Numbered from the stretch's first letter, positions 34,962-49,140 are shown. The stretch is DNA of 64,000 nucleotides from Oopsacas minuta (GCA_024704765.1 JAKMXF010000122.1:62001-126000); one strand, 5' to 3'. Translations and numbers: made by a program. Notes: generated from the letters alone by a model not told the origin.

Positions 34962-36784
34962 CTAAAAGAATAGTGGATATGTGTAGATAAATCAGAAAAT
35001 AAGAGGAGATTGAGAAAGTAAATTGGATATTAGACAATGTAAACAACAATGAAAGCGAATGAATACCTTGAAATTTTCCAGTTCGTTGGGATTGATTCCT
35101 TTGAGATGCAAAATTTCCAATGACCGGGAAGCATAGTTACTTCGTCATAAACAAATGAAACGTAATAAAGTAACAAATAACTTGTATATAGCTCAACTAT
35201 ACTATAGTACAGTTTTTATTTATTAGCTTTCTATGTTCGAGGAAGGGTCATTAGTTAGGCCTAATGAAAGTCACCTTTTTGGAATGAGGGTATGGAGTTT
35301 TTGTATTACAAAAAACTGTACTATACTATAGTTGAGCTATATATAAGGAATTTGATAAAGTAAATGCTTTGGCAATGATATATCAATATACTATCTATAC
35401 CTTGAATATTTAATTTCCATATCTGTAGGGAGATGCGTACAATTGCATTTAGTCAATTTGGCTTCTGATCGCGGAAAGTATTGTCCTTCCTTGAGAACCA
35501 GCGCAGGACTGTCTGTCACTTTAGCCAATGTCATGGGCGCCAATGTATTTGTCTTTATATTGGTTCCAGTTTTTTTGCTTTTTGATTGTTCCAAAGAGTA
35601 TCTGATTTCCTTGCTTTATGTCGTACTGGGACAATGAGTTAAGTAATTTGTTATTGATGATTTAAGCTATATGATTGATTACATGCTCTTTTTAACCTTA
35701 TAATCGAATTGGTATTTTGGTATTTGTTGTTCCTTGTGGATATTATCTTGGGTCTGTAATTTGGATTCTGAACGTGCTCCCATCAGACTCTATCCAACCA
35801 TCATAATATTCAAGTTCTGGAGAAAAAGAATCATCATCATCTTCATCGATAGAATTTTGCACTCTGTAGATTGTTTAGTTCTTCCTCATCCTCAAAATTA
35901 AACATCTCTAAGTTAGAATGCTCGAGTAGATGGCTGCAATTAGATCCTCTTCCGTAGTTCAGAGTAGTCTGCTGTTGATTTATTCCAGCAAGTGTAGCAG
36001 CTAGAACAACAGCTTGTAATTCTGTTAATTTGGCAAATAGTTTGTCTGGTTTTCATTGTCAATGGAAGGATTTATGGAATGCTATAATTGAATTCGAATT
36101 TCTCAATTCTGAGATGAAGCATAACTATGTATTTATCATGTTTACCAAGAAAGTATATAAAAATTCAATAAAACTTAACTAAATATATCAATTATGCTGA
36201 ATCCGATTTTAATGATATACATGTATTTGTTGTTTTTATGAATATAAAGTAAACACATTAGCCGAATCTCAAATATATGTAGAGACTTGCTCATTAGGAT
36301 TGCCAAGTTCTTATATATAAATGCTTTAGTATATTTCTTATATTACATTTTAATAAGACTGCGTTATCTGTGTTCAGTGTTGCCAGATGAGGTGTCCATC
36401 AAGTTCTTGTCATAAGCTAGAAAAATTCTTAAAATGTTCTCGCCACAATAAGGTTCATGCTTAGAATCTCCTTATTTATGGATTTAAGACCTCAAATCAC
36501 AATCATCAACCAGCTAGGACCAAAAACAATCAAAATCTCAAATTCTATCCACCTGTAATATAAGATCGCAGTTCTGGCGATCCCTCTCCAATTGTAGGGA
36601 AAGAATAGCGATCATGATCACTTGCGAAGTGAGAAGACTATATTGAACAACAAAATGTTGAATTTAAACTAATGTCATATCACAGAGAGTAAATCTGCTG
36701 TTTTTCTTCATTTAAAATAATCATCTACTTATTAGATATTCAATTCAAATTTCAAATTCCTACTATTCAAATATTAAACATACA

Positions 36785-37339
36785 TCAATCTACAGTGAAA
36801 ATCCTTGAAGCTATATCTGCTATCATCCAGTCCATGCCTTGTAGTAGATTCTTTCCAGTCACTGCAGAGCAACCATGAATTGCCCAATGATGTGATTGTA
36901 TTTCATCAAGCCCTAGAGCGAGTCTGATCTCCTCAACCCTGAGCGCACCATCTAAATCCTGTTTATTCGCGAAAACAAGTAAAGTAGCACCAGCTAACCT
37001 TTCCTCTAATAGCAGAGATTTCAATTCTTCCCTACAATCTTTAAGCCGCATAGCATCTCCGCTGTCCACTACCCAAATTAAACCGTCCGTTTGATCAAAA
37101 TAATTACGCCAATAAGAACGCAACGACTTTTGGCCCCCAACATCCCATATATTCAATTTGTAATCGCGATGTTCTAATGTTTGTATATTAAAACCTAGTG
37201 TAGGTGAAATATCATGTATATCCTCCCCATTGAACTTCTTCAATATGGTAGTTTTCCCTGCATTGTCAAGACCCAGCATTAGTAATCGGATTTCCTTCTC
37301 CTTCTGCTTCATTTTTTTCAGAATAGTTAATAAACCCAT
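36785..37339 (-). CDS. ARL2: ADP-ribosylation factor-like protein 2, intronless, 184 aa
   Basis: N-terminus [31 protein letters not shown]; motifs [21 protein letters not shown] and CSA. Confidence 0.95.
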   Translation of the reverse strand: MGLLTILKKMKQKEKEIRLLMLGLDNAGKTTILKKFNGEDIHDISPTLGFNIQTLEHRDYKLNIWDVGGQKSLRSYWRNYFDQTDGLIWVVDSGDAMRLKDCREELKSLLLEERLAGATLLVFANKQDLDGALRVEEIRLALGLDEIQSHHWAIHGCSAVTGKNLLQGMDWMIADIASRIFTVD

Positions 37340-38039
37340 AATGATAATTATAATGTATACAGATCTAATTATAATGTTTGGAGTAAAACTCCAGCAAGCA
37401 ATTGAATTAATAACTAAATTAGCCTAACAGCAAAAATAGTATCTTGAGCGTTAAGAGTTCGAAATCGAACATATTTTCGGTGAGAATAATTAAAATAGGA
37501 CAAATATTCAATACCTCCATCTCCGATATGTAGATCAAGATAAGTCAGGGAAAGTTCTTGGCATTCCCTTGTGAAGGGTTGATTACGACCCGACGCCTAA
37601 TAAGTATAGTGAATTTTAAAGGATAGAGAATGGTGAATATTGTCTATTTGAAAAGTGAATTGAACGTTTTACCGAAAGGATATCTTGCCGAAAATATATC
37701 AGTCCGGCCGCTAAATGGGTAGTTTTATATGAAGTGGGAAATGGGGTATATAGAATGTTTTTGGCTGATTCATCATCTCTGATAATATCTGAGTCAGAAA
37801 CAGCCGGTTGACATCTTTGTCACCCTTGTAGATTTATTTCTAATCCTCTTAAAAGTGTCAATTTAGGACACATTCTGCAGGGCTTTCAACCTGAACACAT
37901 TCAAATCGTGAGATTCGTCAAAATCCCAAGATTCTATCATGAGATGTGGAATTTGCTAATAGTTCTCTATAAAACGAGCGGGGTTTCTGGAGTATTTGTA
38001 GACCTGAAATCGTGAGTGTTGCGAACCCTGATTCTATGG

Positions 38040-38270
38040 ATAGCCTGACTCGATGACTTGAGTCATTAAAATTTTGGACAAGTCAGCTCACTCGAAATGT
38101 CACACGAGTCAGATCCCTCGATGATTCAATTAATGATTCATGAGTCACCGAGTCAGGAAAGGAGTCGGATGACTAGGCGACTCGAGTCATCAGGATTCAT
38201 AAACGAGTCAGATGACTCTGGCAAGAATAATTAAACGAGGCATGAGCAACTCGATGACACAAGTCCTAAA
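38040..38270. repeat. Cluster of GAGTCA/TGACTC short repeats (MITE-like)
   Basis: Numerous gagtc/gactc units in both orientations within ~230 bp. Confidence 0.55.
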
Positions 38271-39291
38271 GTTTCGTGATTTATGAATTGCTAATCTTCA
38301 GTATCAAAAGATATGGAAAAATTGAATATGTTTCGTAGCATTTACAACTTCAGATTTTCAATAATGAACAATGGAGCTTGCGATTCTAGATAGTTGAAGC
38401 TAAAATATGATTTCTACTCGCATAAGATAATTCTATTGGATTAATTAATTAACACTATACAATTACGCCCAATTTGTCGATGGTTGTTAATTTATTAAAG
38501 AAGTTGAAGAATAGTTATGTAAAATTAGAAATGCAACAAAAAAGTACCATACTTGAGTACCATAGTTGAAGGTTGGGCTACTGTTGGCCAATCGAAAGGG
38601 CATGCGGTTGAACTCTTACTATCCTTTTGTGGTAGAGAAGGCTGTTTTGTATTTGTCAACCTCTTCTATCTGTATACTCCAATAACCTGATGCCCCAACT
38701 AAGAAAGAGTAAAACTCATCACCGTGCATCCGGTCGAGTATGTCCTTTGGGTGGGGCATTGGATATGAATCAATACGCGTAACAATAGCATTCTAATACA
38801 CTAGGGCAATAGCACCAACTTTTTTTCTTGGACAAGACATCGGTTCAATGAGTTTGGGATTATTATCCTGGAGTTGTATCTCAGAAACAAATACACTTTG
38901 GCCTAATGAATGTATTACATACTTGTAGAAATACATCATTCCATAAAAGCAAAATTTTGTCATATTACCAAATTATATTGTCTATATTGAATAATTCAGC
39001 GAATTATCGAAATACTCCATCATTAAAACCATTTAGAACGTTAAATATTGATATTAGATCACAATGTTGAAAAACGAAATGTTCTAAAATCGCTTCTACA
39101 CAATATATAAAAATTTTGTTATGATAAAGTGACATAATTTGGCAAAATTTTGCTTTTATGGATTGATGACATGTATTTCTAGAAGTATGTAATTCATTCA
39201 TTCACCATAAAGTACATAGTTTCTAAATAATACCTAACTTGTTTAACCAATGCCTCGTCCAAGAACAAAAGTTGGTGCCATTGCCTTAGTG

Positions 39292-39918
39292 CACGGGTGC
39301 TCAAACTTATAAATATATGGGTCACTTTAAAAATTAGGCTCCGCCTTATGGCCCACAAATCATAGATTGCCTCTGGCTTTAGTTTAATCAATTTTCAAGC
39401 TATACTATTTTACCTCAAATTGCATTAACAATGGGTTCTTCTTTTAAATTCAGGTTATTGACTTATATTATGATCTTTTAAATGGATTCGAATCATTTGA
39501 TGTCTCTTTTTAACTCACTTGTTTTCTAGCAAGTGGACACTAGTACTAAACTTCGATTTGGGGTATACTATGTACTGTTCATAGTAGAACAACATTGCAG
39601 AAAAATCCACCCAAATTCGAAATTTTAGGTAATCCCCATTTTAGTTTATGTTCTGCCTCCTGCGTTATTCTTGTGAAGCTCTAATAATCGATAGAATTCG
39701 TAAATACAACTATAGTTACCAAATAGTTTATTAATACTTGGAAAATTCATGCATTTGTAGAGTATTTATAATTATTTCTATATGGTATTTAGAAAACACA
39801 ATTATTATCTAACTATTGAAGTACGTCAATCTACTGTATCTATATGAATAATGAAAACAAGCGAATTATCCGCGGGGGAAAGCGAATGGTCTCGCAGGCC
39901 ACCGTTTGAGCACCCGTG
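39292..39918. mobile_element. hAT (Buster-type) MITE
   Basis: TIRs cacgggtgctcaaac / gtttgagcacccgtg; 8-bp TSD ccttagtg / ccttagtc. Confidence 0.8.
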
Positions 39919-40059
39919 CCTTAGTCTATTAGAATGCTATGGCGTAACCTTATTGAATTAACGGAAATCAACGCAAAATCGCTTGCTCCAGTCCTTTTGT
40001 TACAAGCAATACTCTACTTAACCATGGAGAATTGGAAACCCTACATATGGCATTCAGGA

Positions 40060-40670
40060 GCATCTCATTAAACTGGCATATTATATCTACAGCCGGTGCT
40101 GCTGGGATTGCCTTCTGTTTCACAGGTTGTGCATTGTAAGGGGCAATAAGATGTAAAAGGTCATTTATTGTAGCTGGTATTTACTGTGCCTACAATACCA
40201 TAGGATAGTGACCCAGTATTGAAATGGTTGCCTATATTATTATTATTATTTTTCTCTATGAAAGCCCCGCAGCCAAAACTGGAATTAGGGTTAATTTTAG
40301 CAAAATTTAGCATAAATTGCCTTTCGCTTTAATGGCGGAGAAATATTCGCCAACATCTTGTCTGGGTTGCCAGTGGAGGTGGCTAACCTCTTGCATGGTC
40401 GTAAACCCGTGGATAGGCACGCCTAACACAAAATTTAAACCATCTTAAGCTTCTTTGAGAGTATCAGCTTTCTTTAGAACATCTCGGATAGCTCCCCGAT
40501 CTGCCAAGTCATTGTTAATGTATGCTGGTAATTACAGAACCGCTCTCTTTACGTCATTTTCTCCTGCGTATATAAACTGGGTAGCTGCCCCACCAAATAC
40601 ATGTCTCCAGTCTTCTATACGATCGCCCTTTTAAAGAGGAGGAATCGCTGGTGAAGAAGTAGCCATCCGA
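40060..40670 (-). mobile_element. Possible LTR-retrotransposon gag remnant
   Basis: Broken reading MATSSPAIPPL..GDRIEDWRHVF..LPAYINNDLAD.. followed by a degenerate knuckle-like CTTCETEGNPSSTGC. The similarity is recognised by pattern only. Confidence 0.35.
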
Positions 40671-41446
40671 TTTCACAATTAGTCAACAGCTGAACAATTG
40701 TTAGTTTTATGTTACAATCCCAATAGAGCCCTGTATAACCATTAGTAGATCCAATGTAAGGAAGTACAATATGAGATTTTAATGTGAAGAACTCAAATCG
40801 AGTAAGAGAGAAATCTAAAATTGATAATTATATAGTAAGTAATAATCGTCGAACGAAACTAATGGAATAACTATGGTGGATTAACAACAAGGTGTAGAAG
40901 CTAGCACTATCTTACAATACTATTAAATCTCAACTATCATAGTGAAGCAACTGATTAAAATTGAGAAAGTCAATTCCATAAAATTTTCTTAATTTAAAAC
41001 AAAGAAAATAATCAAAGAGAGTAAAGATCAATATAGCTTGGCAAAAAATTAATTTAATTTTCATTAACCTCCATATCACCAAAGTAGCTAGAAAATTCTG
41101 AATGGAATCCTGAGTTTGGGTGGGTAAATTCAAGGGAGTCGTGACCATAAAAAATTACCCAAAAAGTGACTAAAGGTAAAAAATTTAAATCAAAGCATAT
41201 TGCTTAAAACGTTCAACTCTCCTCTTTCCAATGATAGTAATTTGTTTAAATCTGATGAAAATTAGTGAGTCAAATTAGAGACTGAAGTCACCCTAGTCAA
41301 ATAGTCAGCTAACTTCTTCGTATAATTTTAAAATAAAACAATTCAAAAAGAAAGAAATATTTTAAAAGAAAATTTAAACACATAATCCACCAACCCTCAA
41401 TAGTGTGTAGAAGAAAACTTATACCAAAATAATAATGAAAAGCCGG

Positions 41447-41640
41447 CACAGTGTGGCAAAATGGCGATTATGGTGTATAGGTGCTTAAACTGAAGATATA
41501 TGTTTTCATATATAGTAAATCGACTCGGTAGATTTCAAAATGACACGAGATTTTCAGTTGCACTGCTGTAGCTTCTGGAAACGGGACTATGACGTATTTG
41601 GTATTTTGATTTAATTAATAGTTATGGTTCAAAAATAATT
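41447..41640 (-). mobile_element. Diverged 3' terminus of a relative of the RAG1-like element
   Basis: gccgg|CACAGTG-tggcaaaatggcgatt-atggtgtatagg, followed by catatatagtaaatcgactcggtagatttcaaaat. This matches the reverse complement of 14025-14123 (catatactaaatcgacactgtagatttcaaaaat). Confidence 0.8.
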
Positions 41641-42210
41641 AAGTTCTAAATTTGTGAGTGTTCTATACCAGCCAGCCCTATTTATTGATAAAATTGAATA
41701 ACAATGCGTATACTGTATTCATTTATGCATTGATACTTCACACAATGATACTAATTAGAAATACAGTAATTATACAATGGTATAACGAAAATAAAAATTT
41801 TTCTAAAATTACATTTCATCCGAATGGGTGTGCCCCATACGCTTGATGTCAAGAAAGTATAAGTGGGCTCCTTTGGGCGGGTCTAGAAATTATTGAGAAT
41901 GAAATTTAGAAAGATATACTATGCGAAATTGTCAACTATTCAACTCGCAATTATTTGCATTGTAAGATCGGGGATTCAAAATGTAAGTCGAGGAGCATAT
42001 ATACATTCGAATATTTTAGATAGTTAGCACTTGTAATGAACGGTGGCAGGAATACAATCTCTGAAAAATACATCAATATCTCATCATAACTTGATATTAG
42101 TCTTAGTTGGTACTTTCTCTGCTTATTGAATATTCCAACATACCTACAATTAACTTAATTTTGTATTCATATAAAGTTCTTCAAACTTTGAATTTGTAGG
42201 ATATTATCTA

Positions 42211-43540
42211 CAACGGGCGTTCAAAATGTTCCCGACCCTACCTCATATTTTTGTTACTATACAGAATACATATGTACAATTATTGTACTTTCTCGAAATA
42301 ATCACCATTAACGTCTATGACTCGTTGTAGACGACCGAGCCATTAAAAAAAAACATTTTTATAGTCTTCGGGCGGGATGTCTTTTAGGGATCTCTTAATT
42401 GCGCTCTCTAGGTCGATTCTAGTATCAAAATGCTTGCCTGCAAGGTCCTTTTTCAACTTTGCAAAGAGCCAGAAATCACAAGGAGTGAGGTCAGGTGAGT
42501 AGGGTGGGTGATCTAGCTCAACAACTTTCATTCTATCCAACTCTGATTTTACGAGCTTAGTTTTATGTGGCCGTGCATTATCGTGCAATAATCGCATGCC
42601 CCCACGGTCTAGACTTTGGCCTCTGCTCCAAGTAATTTTTTTCTACTCCTGACTCGCAACTGTTGGAATAAAAGTCCCCGGTAATTGTCTCCCCTTTTGG
42701 TATTATAATCTGGGCAACTGGGCCATGTGCATCAAAGAAAATTGAGTACAGGACTTTCTGATCTCTGAACTCTGGCCTAAGATTGAGAGGAGGAGCCTCA
42801 CCTTTTACGCCCATACCTTTTTTCTTTCTTTGGATAGTGAATCGCCGTATCTTATCCAAGTCTCGTCACCAGTAGTGATTTCTGGCAGCCTTCTTGGATC
42901 TGAGTCTTTATACTCGGAGAGCTTTTTCTTGCACAAGTTACCCGAAGTCCTTTTGCTCCTTTGAAGGGAGTGCGCGATCCACCTCGAACAAATTTTGCTA
43001 ACTTTCAGCTCATCGATAAGTATGGAATGAACAGCTCCCGTTGAGATCCCTACATTCATAGTTAACTCCTCAACAGTGATATGAGGATCTTCTTCCACTC
43101 TCCTGCGAATTTCAGAGGTGTGCTAGTGATGGCAGATCTGGGACGCCCGTTTCGTTCCTCATCTTCCAGTGAGTCTCGTCCTTCACGAAACCGCTAGGCC
43201 CACTCCTTCACAGTAGTATATGAAGGGCTCACATCTCGTTAAACGACTTCCAAGTCAGTGAGAATATCCTTCGGGCCAATGCCAAGAAGAGTGCTAATTT
43301 TGATATAGGATCTTTGCTCAAATTTCAAATTTGAAGCCATAAATACTGAAAAATACAAGGATAGTCAACACTGAGAAATTTGAAATAATCGTAACTAAAA
43401 ACTATTGACGATATGGTGAAAGTTAAAGTAGTTCTGAATAGATAATAGAATAAGGTTCATTATGAATACAGATACGTAATATAATTTTTTATCTCTTAGA
43501 ATTCTATGACCAAGGTAGGGAACTTTTTGAGCATCCGTTG
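42211..43540 (-). mobile_element. Mariner transposon, full length, degenerate ORF
   Basis: TIRs caacgggcgttcaaaatgttccc and (reverse complement) caacggatgctcaaaaagttccc, TA TSD, 1,330 bp. ATG at 43340 (MASNLKFEQRSYIK); motifs TGDETW, HDNARPH and YSPDLTPCDFWLF. Confidence 0.9.
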
Positions 43541-46500
43541 TAAGTCTATGGCAGTAGAAAATTACATTTTGAATCCGAATTCCGACCAAATTGCAGGAAT
43601 ATTGCACTATGTTGAGGAATTGCCAACTATTCTCGATAAGCTAATTTGGCTTCTAGTGATAAAGAATGAGCTCACGTTAATTTTTCTCAATAGGAGGTAA
43701 TACAAAAGCTCCTGCATCAAATACGAAATTTTACACCACCTTTCTTTGAGTATGTTGAAAAATTTTCCATTTGTCGAGAACCTCAAGTATCTCTCACATG
43801 TTGTTGACAATACCGTACTCGGAATTAGCGTACCGACTACGATTATACATTGTCCCATTTTAGTCTCTAACCATTATTAAATATGATTTATCACGAATTT
43901 TTTCTTGATAAAGTTTTTTATCCAAGTTTTGGATTTCCTGTGTCCCAGAATGTTAACCTTTGATTGAAGATTGAAATTGTACAGGTCAAAATCCATCTGG
44001 TCATCCTATATCTATCGGCGCGATGATTAGCTAGTTTATATACTGAAATACGTTAATTAACTGGTGAAATAGTGACAGAAGTTACAATAATTTGCATATT
44101 CATGCGGTAGCCAAATCAGATGCGGGCGGTCGAACTTTAACATGTGTCTAACTAACTTTGGCCTAAATGCCAAATTATTTCAAAATTAAATGCCCAGTTT
44201 GGCCCGAAATCCAGGCAGTATAGACCCGAAGCCCGAATTTCAAACTAGGTCCGGACCCAAATGAACCTAGGTCTAACTTGCGACCTTTACCCTGTGCGAT
44301 TGGTTTGCCCACTAAATTTGTTTTTTTACTGATAAATGTGCGCACTATAAGTTTAAGTTTTGAGAATTCTGATGTCCAGGATGTTATTTTGGCAATTCTT
44401 TGCTTAGCGAGCCGGAGTATATAGTATGACATGATATGGCTATTTTGTTTATTCCTGGAATTGAGATTATATATTCTTGGCCGTAGCTGGCAGTTTTATA
44501 TGTTCAGGTTTGCCTATACACGAATAGGTTGAGTCACCAAATGTTGGTCCGGTTGCAACCTGACCGACCAAACCGTTTCCTATTGCCATGATATTAATCG
44601 TAAATTTTTTTCACTTGATTATATTGGACTTATTTTGTGAAAATATCTAGCATTGCTCAGGATTTGTAGAGTATCTCAATTTCGGGTGTACACTATCGAA
44701 AATTATGCCTAGATTTGGTTATATATGCCCCAAAATCTTAAGAGGCTGCAGTCCGTGGTCCACATAACCTAAATGTGGCTCTGGCTCTATTGGAACCCTT
44801 CGAAATACGCCTCTCTATACTGTTCACATTTCGATAAATTTTTATCTTATTAGAATATTTTATGCCCAACAAAGAAGAAAAGAAGCATTTTCTTAAGAAA
44901 AGGAGAGATTCTTCAAAGAAGGCCGGAAAACGCTCTAATCTTTCCAATTCTGTTGATGGTAGGCCTATTTATTTATTTATCATTTCTACTTTGGATCGAA
45001 TAGAGTAAATCATATTATTTGCCGGCTATCCGATATCACATTTTGATTCAGTACTAAAATGGTTGAGTTAATATGTCTCTACACTGCCTGAACAAAAGTT
45101 ATCAGTCACTGCTAAAAGTTCATACATATAGTACTAATCTATTCTTGAGGGGCCTAATACATAAAACTATACGATTTAGAATATATCCAATGTCAAATTT
45201 GCATCCTGTGTATTTGCCAACCTCAGTATCCAGACTCCATATTTGATACTAAATGCTAATCTGAATATTTTCAACTCATGACACATTGTACCGCCTTGTA
45301 CAATTTCCAGCCATTACACATGTGGTGATAGGCTTATTAGTGAGCATTTCACAGAAATTATAGATCTGATTTATCAGAATACGTTGATTGCGAATTTGAT
45401 ACCAGATTTCGTCTGAATTATCATGTTTTACAGTATTTACCATCAAGAATGGACCGACTATAGTATTATTTGTATGGAAATTTCAGATATTGCTGAAGCC
45501 TGTTGTCATGCCAGGGTATATACCGTATTACCTTAATAATCGCCCTCCCCCTAATGCTCCTATAACAAATAGATGCTTACAGCGATTCCTCAATTCCCTC
45601 ATATTTTTGATTTATCTACAGTCAACTCCGCTTAATCGGGATACATCTGTTGCAGCATTTTTGCTCTGATTAATTAAGCTGAGTTCCCAATCAAACGGAG
45701 AATTTCTAATAATGATACTAATTATCATTTTTCTATTTTTTCAGTCGCAGAGTCACCTAAAGCAAGTTAACCAGTATATGGTGGAGCTATACCCATCCAA
45801 ATTACAAACTTTGAATTTTTCAGAGCTTTTGTGCCTTCCGTGAAACAATGTTATGACAAATATGCGGAGTTACTGTACTGTTTATTAGGATTAAAGACAC
45901 TAAATGTAAGCATATAGGCATGTACCGAATGCGTCTATTATTCGAAGCAATTCTGTTATATACCCTTCTCTGACAACAGTCTTCGGCCATATCCCAATTT
46001 TTCATACAAATAATACTCTAGTGGGTCTATTTTTGATTGTCAAAATACATTAAAAAACAAAATTATTCAGAGGAAATCTGGTAATTCGCAATCAAAATAT
46101 TCTGATAAATCTGTTTCTTAGTGAAAACTATGACCATATGTGTAATGGCTGGAATTGGTATAAAGTGGTACAATGTGTTATGAGTTGAAAATATTTAGCA
46201 TCAGCATTTAGTAGTTATATGCGTCCTTGGCCATCCTTGATGTTTTGGAGCTATGACTGATGATAAACCATAGCGTATCCATTCCAACTGGCATTGTCCA
46301 GTCAAAAACTGACGTTCCATAGATTCTGTTTAGAAATGTATAGTTATTTCGATTATCTTAAATGTTTTCTTCTATAACATTTTTGCTGAACCCGAAATTC
46401 CACTTAATATACTTATTCATGAAAATCTATCTATATATTGTCAGTCTCATAATTATTTAGAATCGTTTAAATGGCAATAATTCAACTACTGTTACTACAC

Positions 46501-46783
46501 AAGATATTCTAATTAACTAAGAAATGACCTAATAGGTTCATTTTCAATATTTAATCATGTGATCATTATTAACAATTGACCATTCGATACATTTGACTTT
46601 CAATATGTAGCCAATAATTCTGAATTGATACTATCCTAACTGTCAACAGTTTCTTCTTTCAGAGGTGTAATATCTTTAAATGTCATCTATTATCTATTGC
46701 TTATGCCATCCAAACAAGATCTCAATAGTGTCGAGTCATGACATTGGCTAGGCTATGTAAAATCTTTTATAATAGTATATTAA

Positions 46784-47444
46784 CCGAATACGGCCGAAAA
46801 TGTGTGATTTTTAACGTCACTAGGTGCTGAAATCCCGAATTGAGTGCGGGAATTTGATCTCCTACTTATCGCTTATTTATTCGAAATAATCCTGGTTGGG
46901 TAAAATTCGAAAAAAATGTTCATTGAAATTCACCCATTTGCAATTTAAAACTAAAAGTTAGATTTTTGATTTTTGACGTAAACACTTTAGTAGGGTCCCA
47001 AAATTTGATCAATTGACTTCAAATTATATACAGACAGTGTTCTAGTGTCTAAACTGGTAAAATGTCGGCAGTACACCGGTATTGTTCTAAGATTTGGAAA
47101 GTTCAATCAATGAGCACAGTTCCAGTGGCAAATATCAACAATAAATTACTAATAAAATTTACACAATGAAAACAACAATTTGGCAAATTTCCAGCCAAAT
47201 CCACCAAAATGGTCCCAATTAGCCCGTTAATAGAGAAAAATTGGCCTCGGCAAATTTCATTTTCAATTTCTTTGGAAACAAGTAGAGACTTCGTCTCTGC
47301 TTTCTCTATTAATGGAATTCAGCCTGGAAATTTGTGCTTTTAAACGTCAATAAAGTGCTTAAATCTCAATTTGAGTGCTGGAATGGGTTAAAACGAATTT
47401 GTAAAATTAACTTGTTCCTTTTGGTTACGAACGGCCGTAATTGG
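46784..47444. mobile_element. TTAA-flanked MITE (piggyBac-like ends)
   Basis: TTAA|ccgaatacggccg ... cggccgtaattgg|TTAA. Its right subterminal sequence is also seen at ~18060-18145. Confidence 0.5.
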
Positions 47445-47808
47445 TTAACGATGTATAATGATAACCACTGAGATACTGCACAAAATACAAATTCGCATGC
47501 TACCGTATCTATGGGGTTTACCTGTATACCCTGCCAATCTAAAATTTCTATGCGAATATTACTAAGTGAGTCTATTCTTGATAGTTAATACAATAAATAT
47601 TTTGATCAGAGTATGTCTAGTTCCAAATTCCTAATCTATTTATTCTGATGAAACTGTTTCTGAGATCTTTATGAAATTCTGACAAATACTTTTTGAAATT
47701 CCCACCTTGTTTCACTCAGTGAAACCTATAACCATATGTATAGTTGCTGTATATTGTATATATTGGTACAATGCGTAATGAGCTGAAACTATTCGGCATT
47801 CGCATTTA

Positions 47809-49140
47809 CTACGGGCGTTCAATAAGTAGTCGTTATTCCAAATTTTGTAAGTCGGAATAATTCGATCCAGATCAAACTGAATTTTCTAATACATCCATCC
47901 ATTGTTAATTTAATAATGCAAAGTTTTTTTGATTTTGATGTCTCGTTCTTATATTGTACATACTTATTTTTGACAGTATATTATAGTAACATTTTTAATG
48001 GCTTCAACAAGTACCGATTTCAAAATTGAGCAGAGAGCATATGTGAAGATCAGAACACTGCTCAAAATTTCACCCACAGATGTCCACAAAGATTTAGAGG
48101 AATTTTATAAGGATACAGCACTTCCATATTCCACTGTTGTTGATTGGGCTAGACGCTTTCGTGAAGGTAGAGTGTCTATTGAAGATGAGGCAAGAATAGG
48201 GAGACCAGTATCCAGCGCCAGTGACAAAAACATCCTTGAGGTATCCGCGTTACTTGAAGAAGACCCTCATATCACGCTTGTGGAGATAGCTGATGGGGTT
48301 GGGATCTCGACGGGAACTGCTCAAGCTATTGTACATGATAATATGATATTCTGAAGAATATGTGCTCGATGGGTTGCATTTACTAGCTCATGCCCAGAAA
48401 GCAAAAGAGGATCCAATGCGCTACTAAATTGCTCTCTGAGTTTGATCGAGCTGACTGCGGAAGGTTATTTGAGATAGTAACAGGTGACGAGACTTGAGTA
48501 CGTTATTCTGAGCCTTTATCAAAAGAAGCAAACAAAGTATGAGTGGCAAAAGGACAGGACCCACCAATGATCCCTGACATGACTTTCGGGACCCGAAGGT
48601 TATGTACTGTATATTTTTTGATTCTAATGATCCAGTGTGCCAGATTTGTGTCCCCAAATATCAAACAATAACAGGCTCCTTCTATACCAATGAGTGTCTA
48701 ACAGAGGTTGAAAAATTCTACCAAAATCGACGGCCAAAGACTGGAACTCGTGGATTGCGAATATTGCATGATAACGCCCGACGTACAAGACAAAGCTGGT
48801 TAGAGAAAAGTTGGAGGCTATGAAGATTGAGGAGCTAGATCACCCTCCCTACTCGCCAGATCTAGCTCCCTGTGACTTTTGGTTGTTTTCAAAGTTAAAG
48901 AAACATCTATCAGGCAGGAAATTCGAGAGTCGAGATCAAATGGGATCGGCGATTTCCAGTATATGAAAGGTCTACCAACCGAAGACTACAAAAAAGTATT
49001 TTTCGATTGGATGAAAAGGCTGACATTGGTTTTACAGCACAAAGGGGAATCATTTGAGAAACTCTATCACTGACTAGACAATTATGCTAGAAGAATTTAG
49101 AATTACAATGTGATAACGACTACTTATTGAACGCCCATAG
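47809..49140 (+). mobile_element. Mariner transposon, full length, degenerate ORF (47998..~49073)
   Basis: 26-bp TIRs ctacgggcgttcaataagtagtcgtt (one mismatch), TA TSD, 1,332 bp. Motifs MASTSTDFKIEQRAYVK, TGDET, HDNA and YSPDLAPCDFWLF. Confidence 0.9.

Noticed and set aside
44405-44420. gccgg at ~44411 as the partner TSD of the 41447 terminus
   Set aside because: It is not preceded by a heptamer or any TIR-like sequence.
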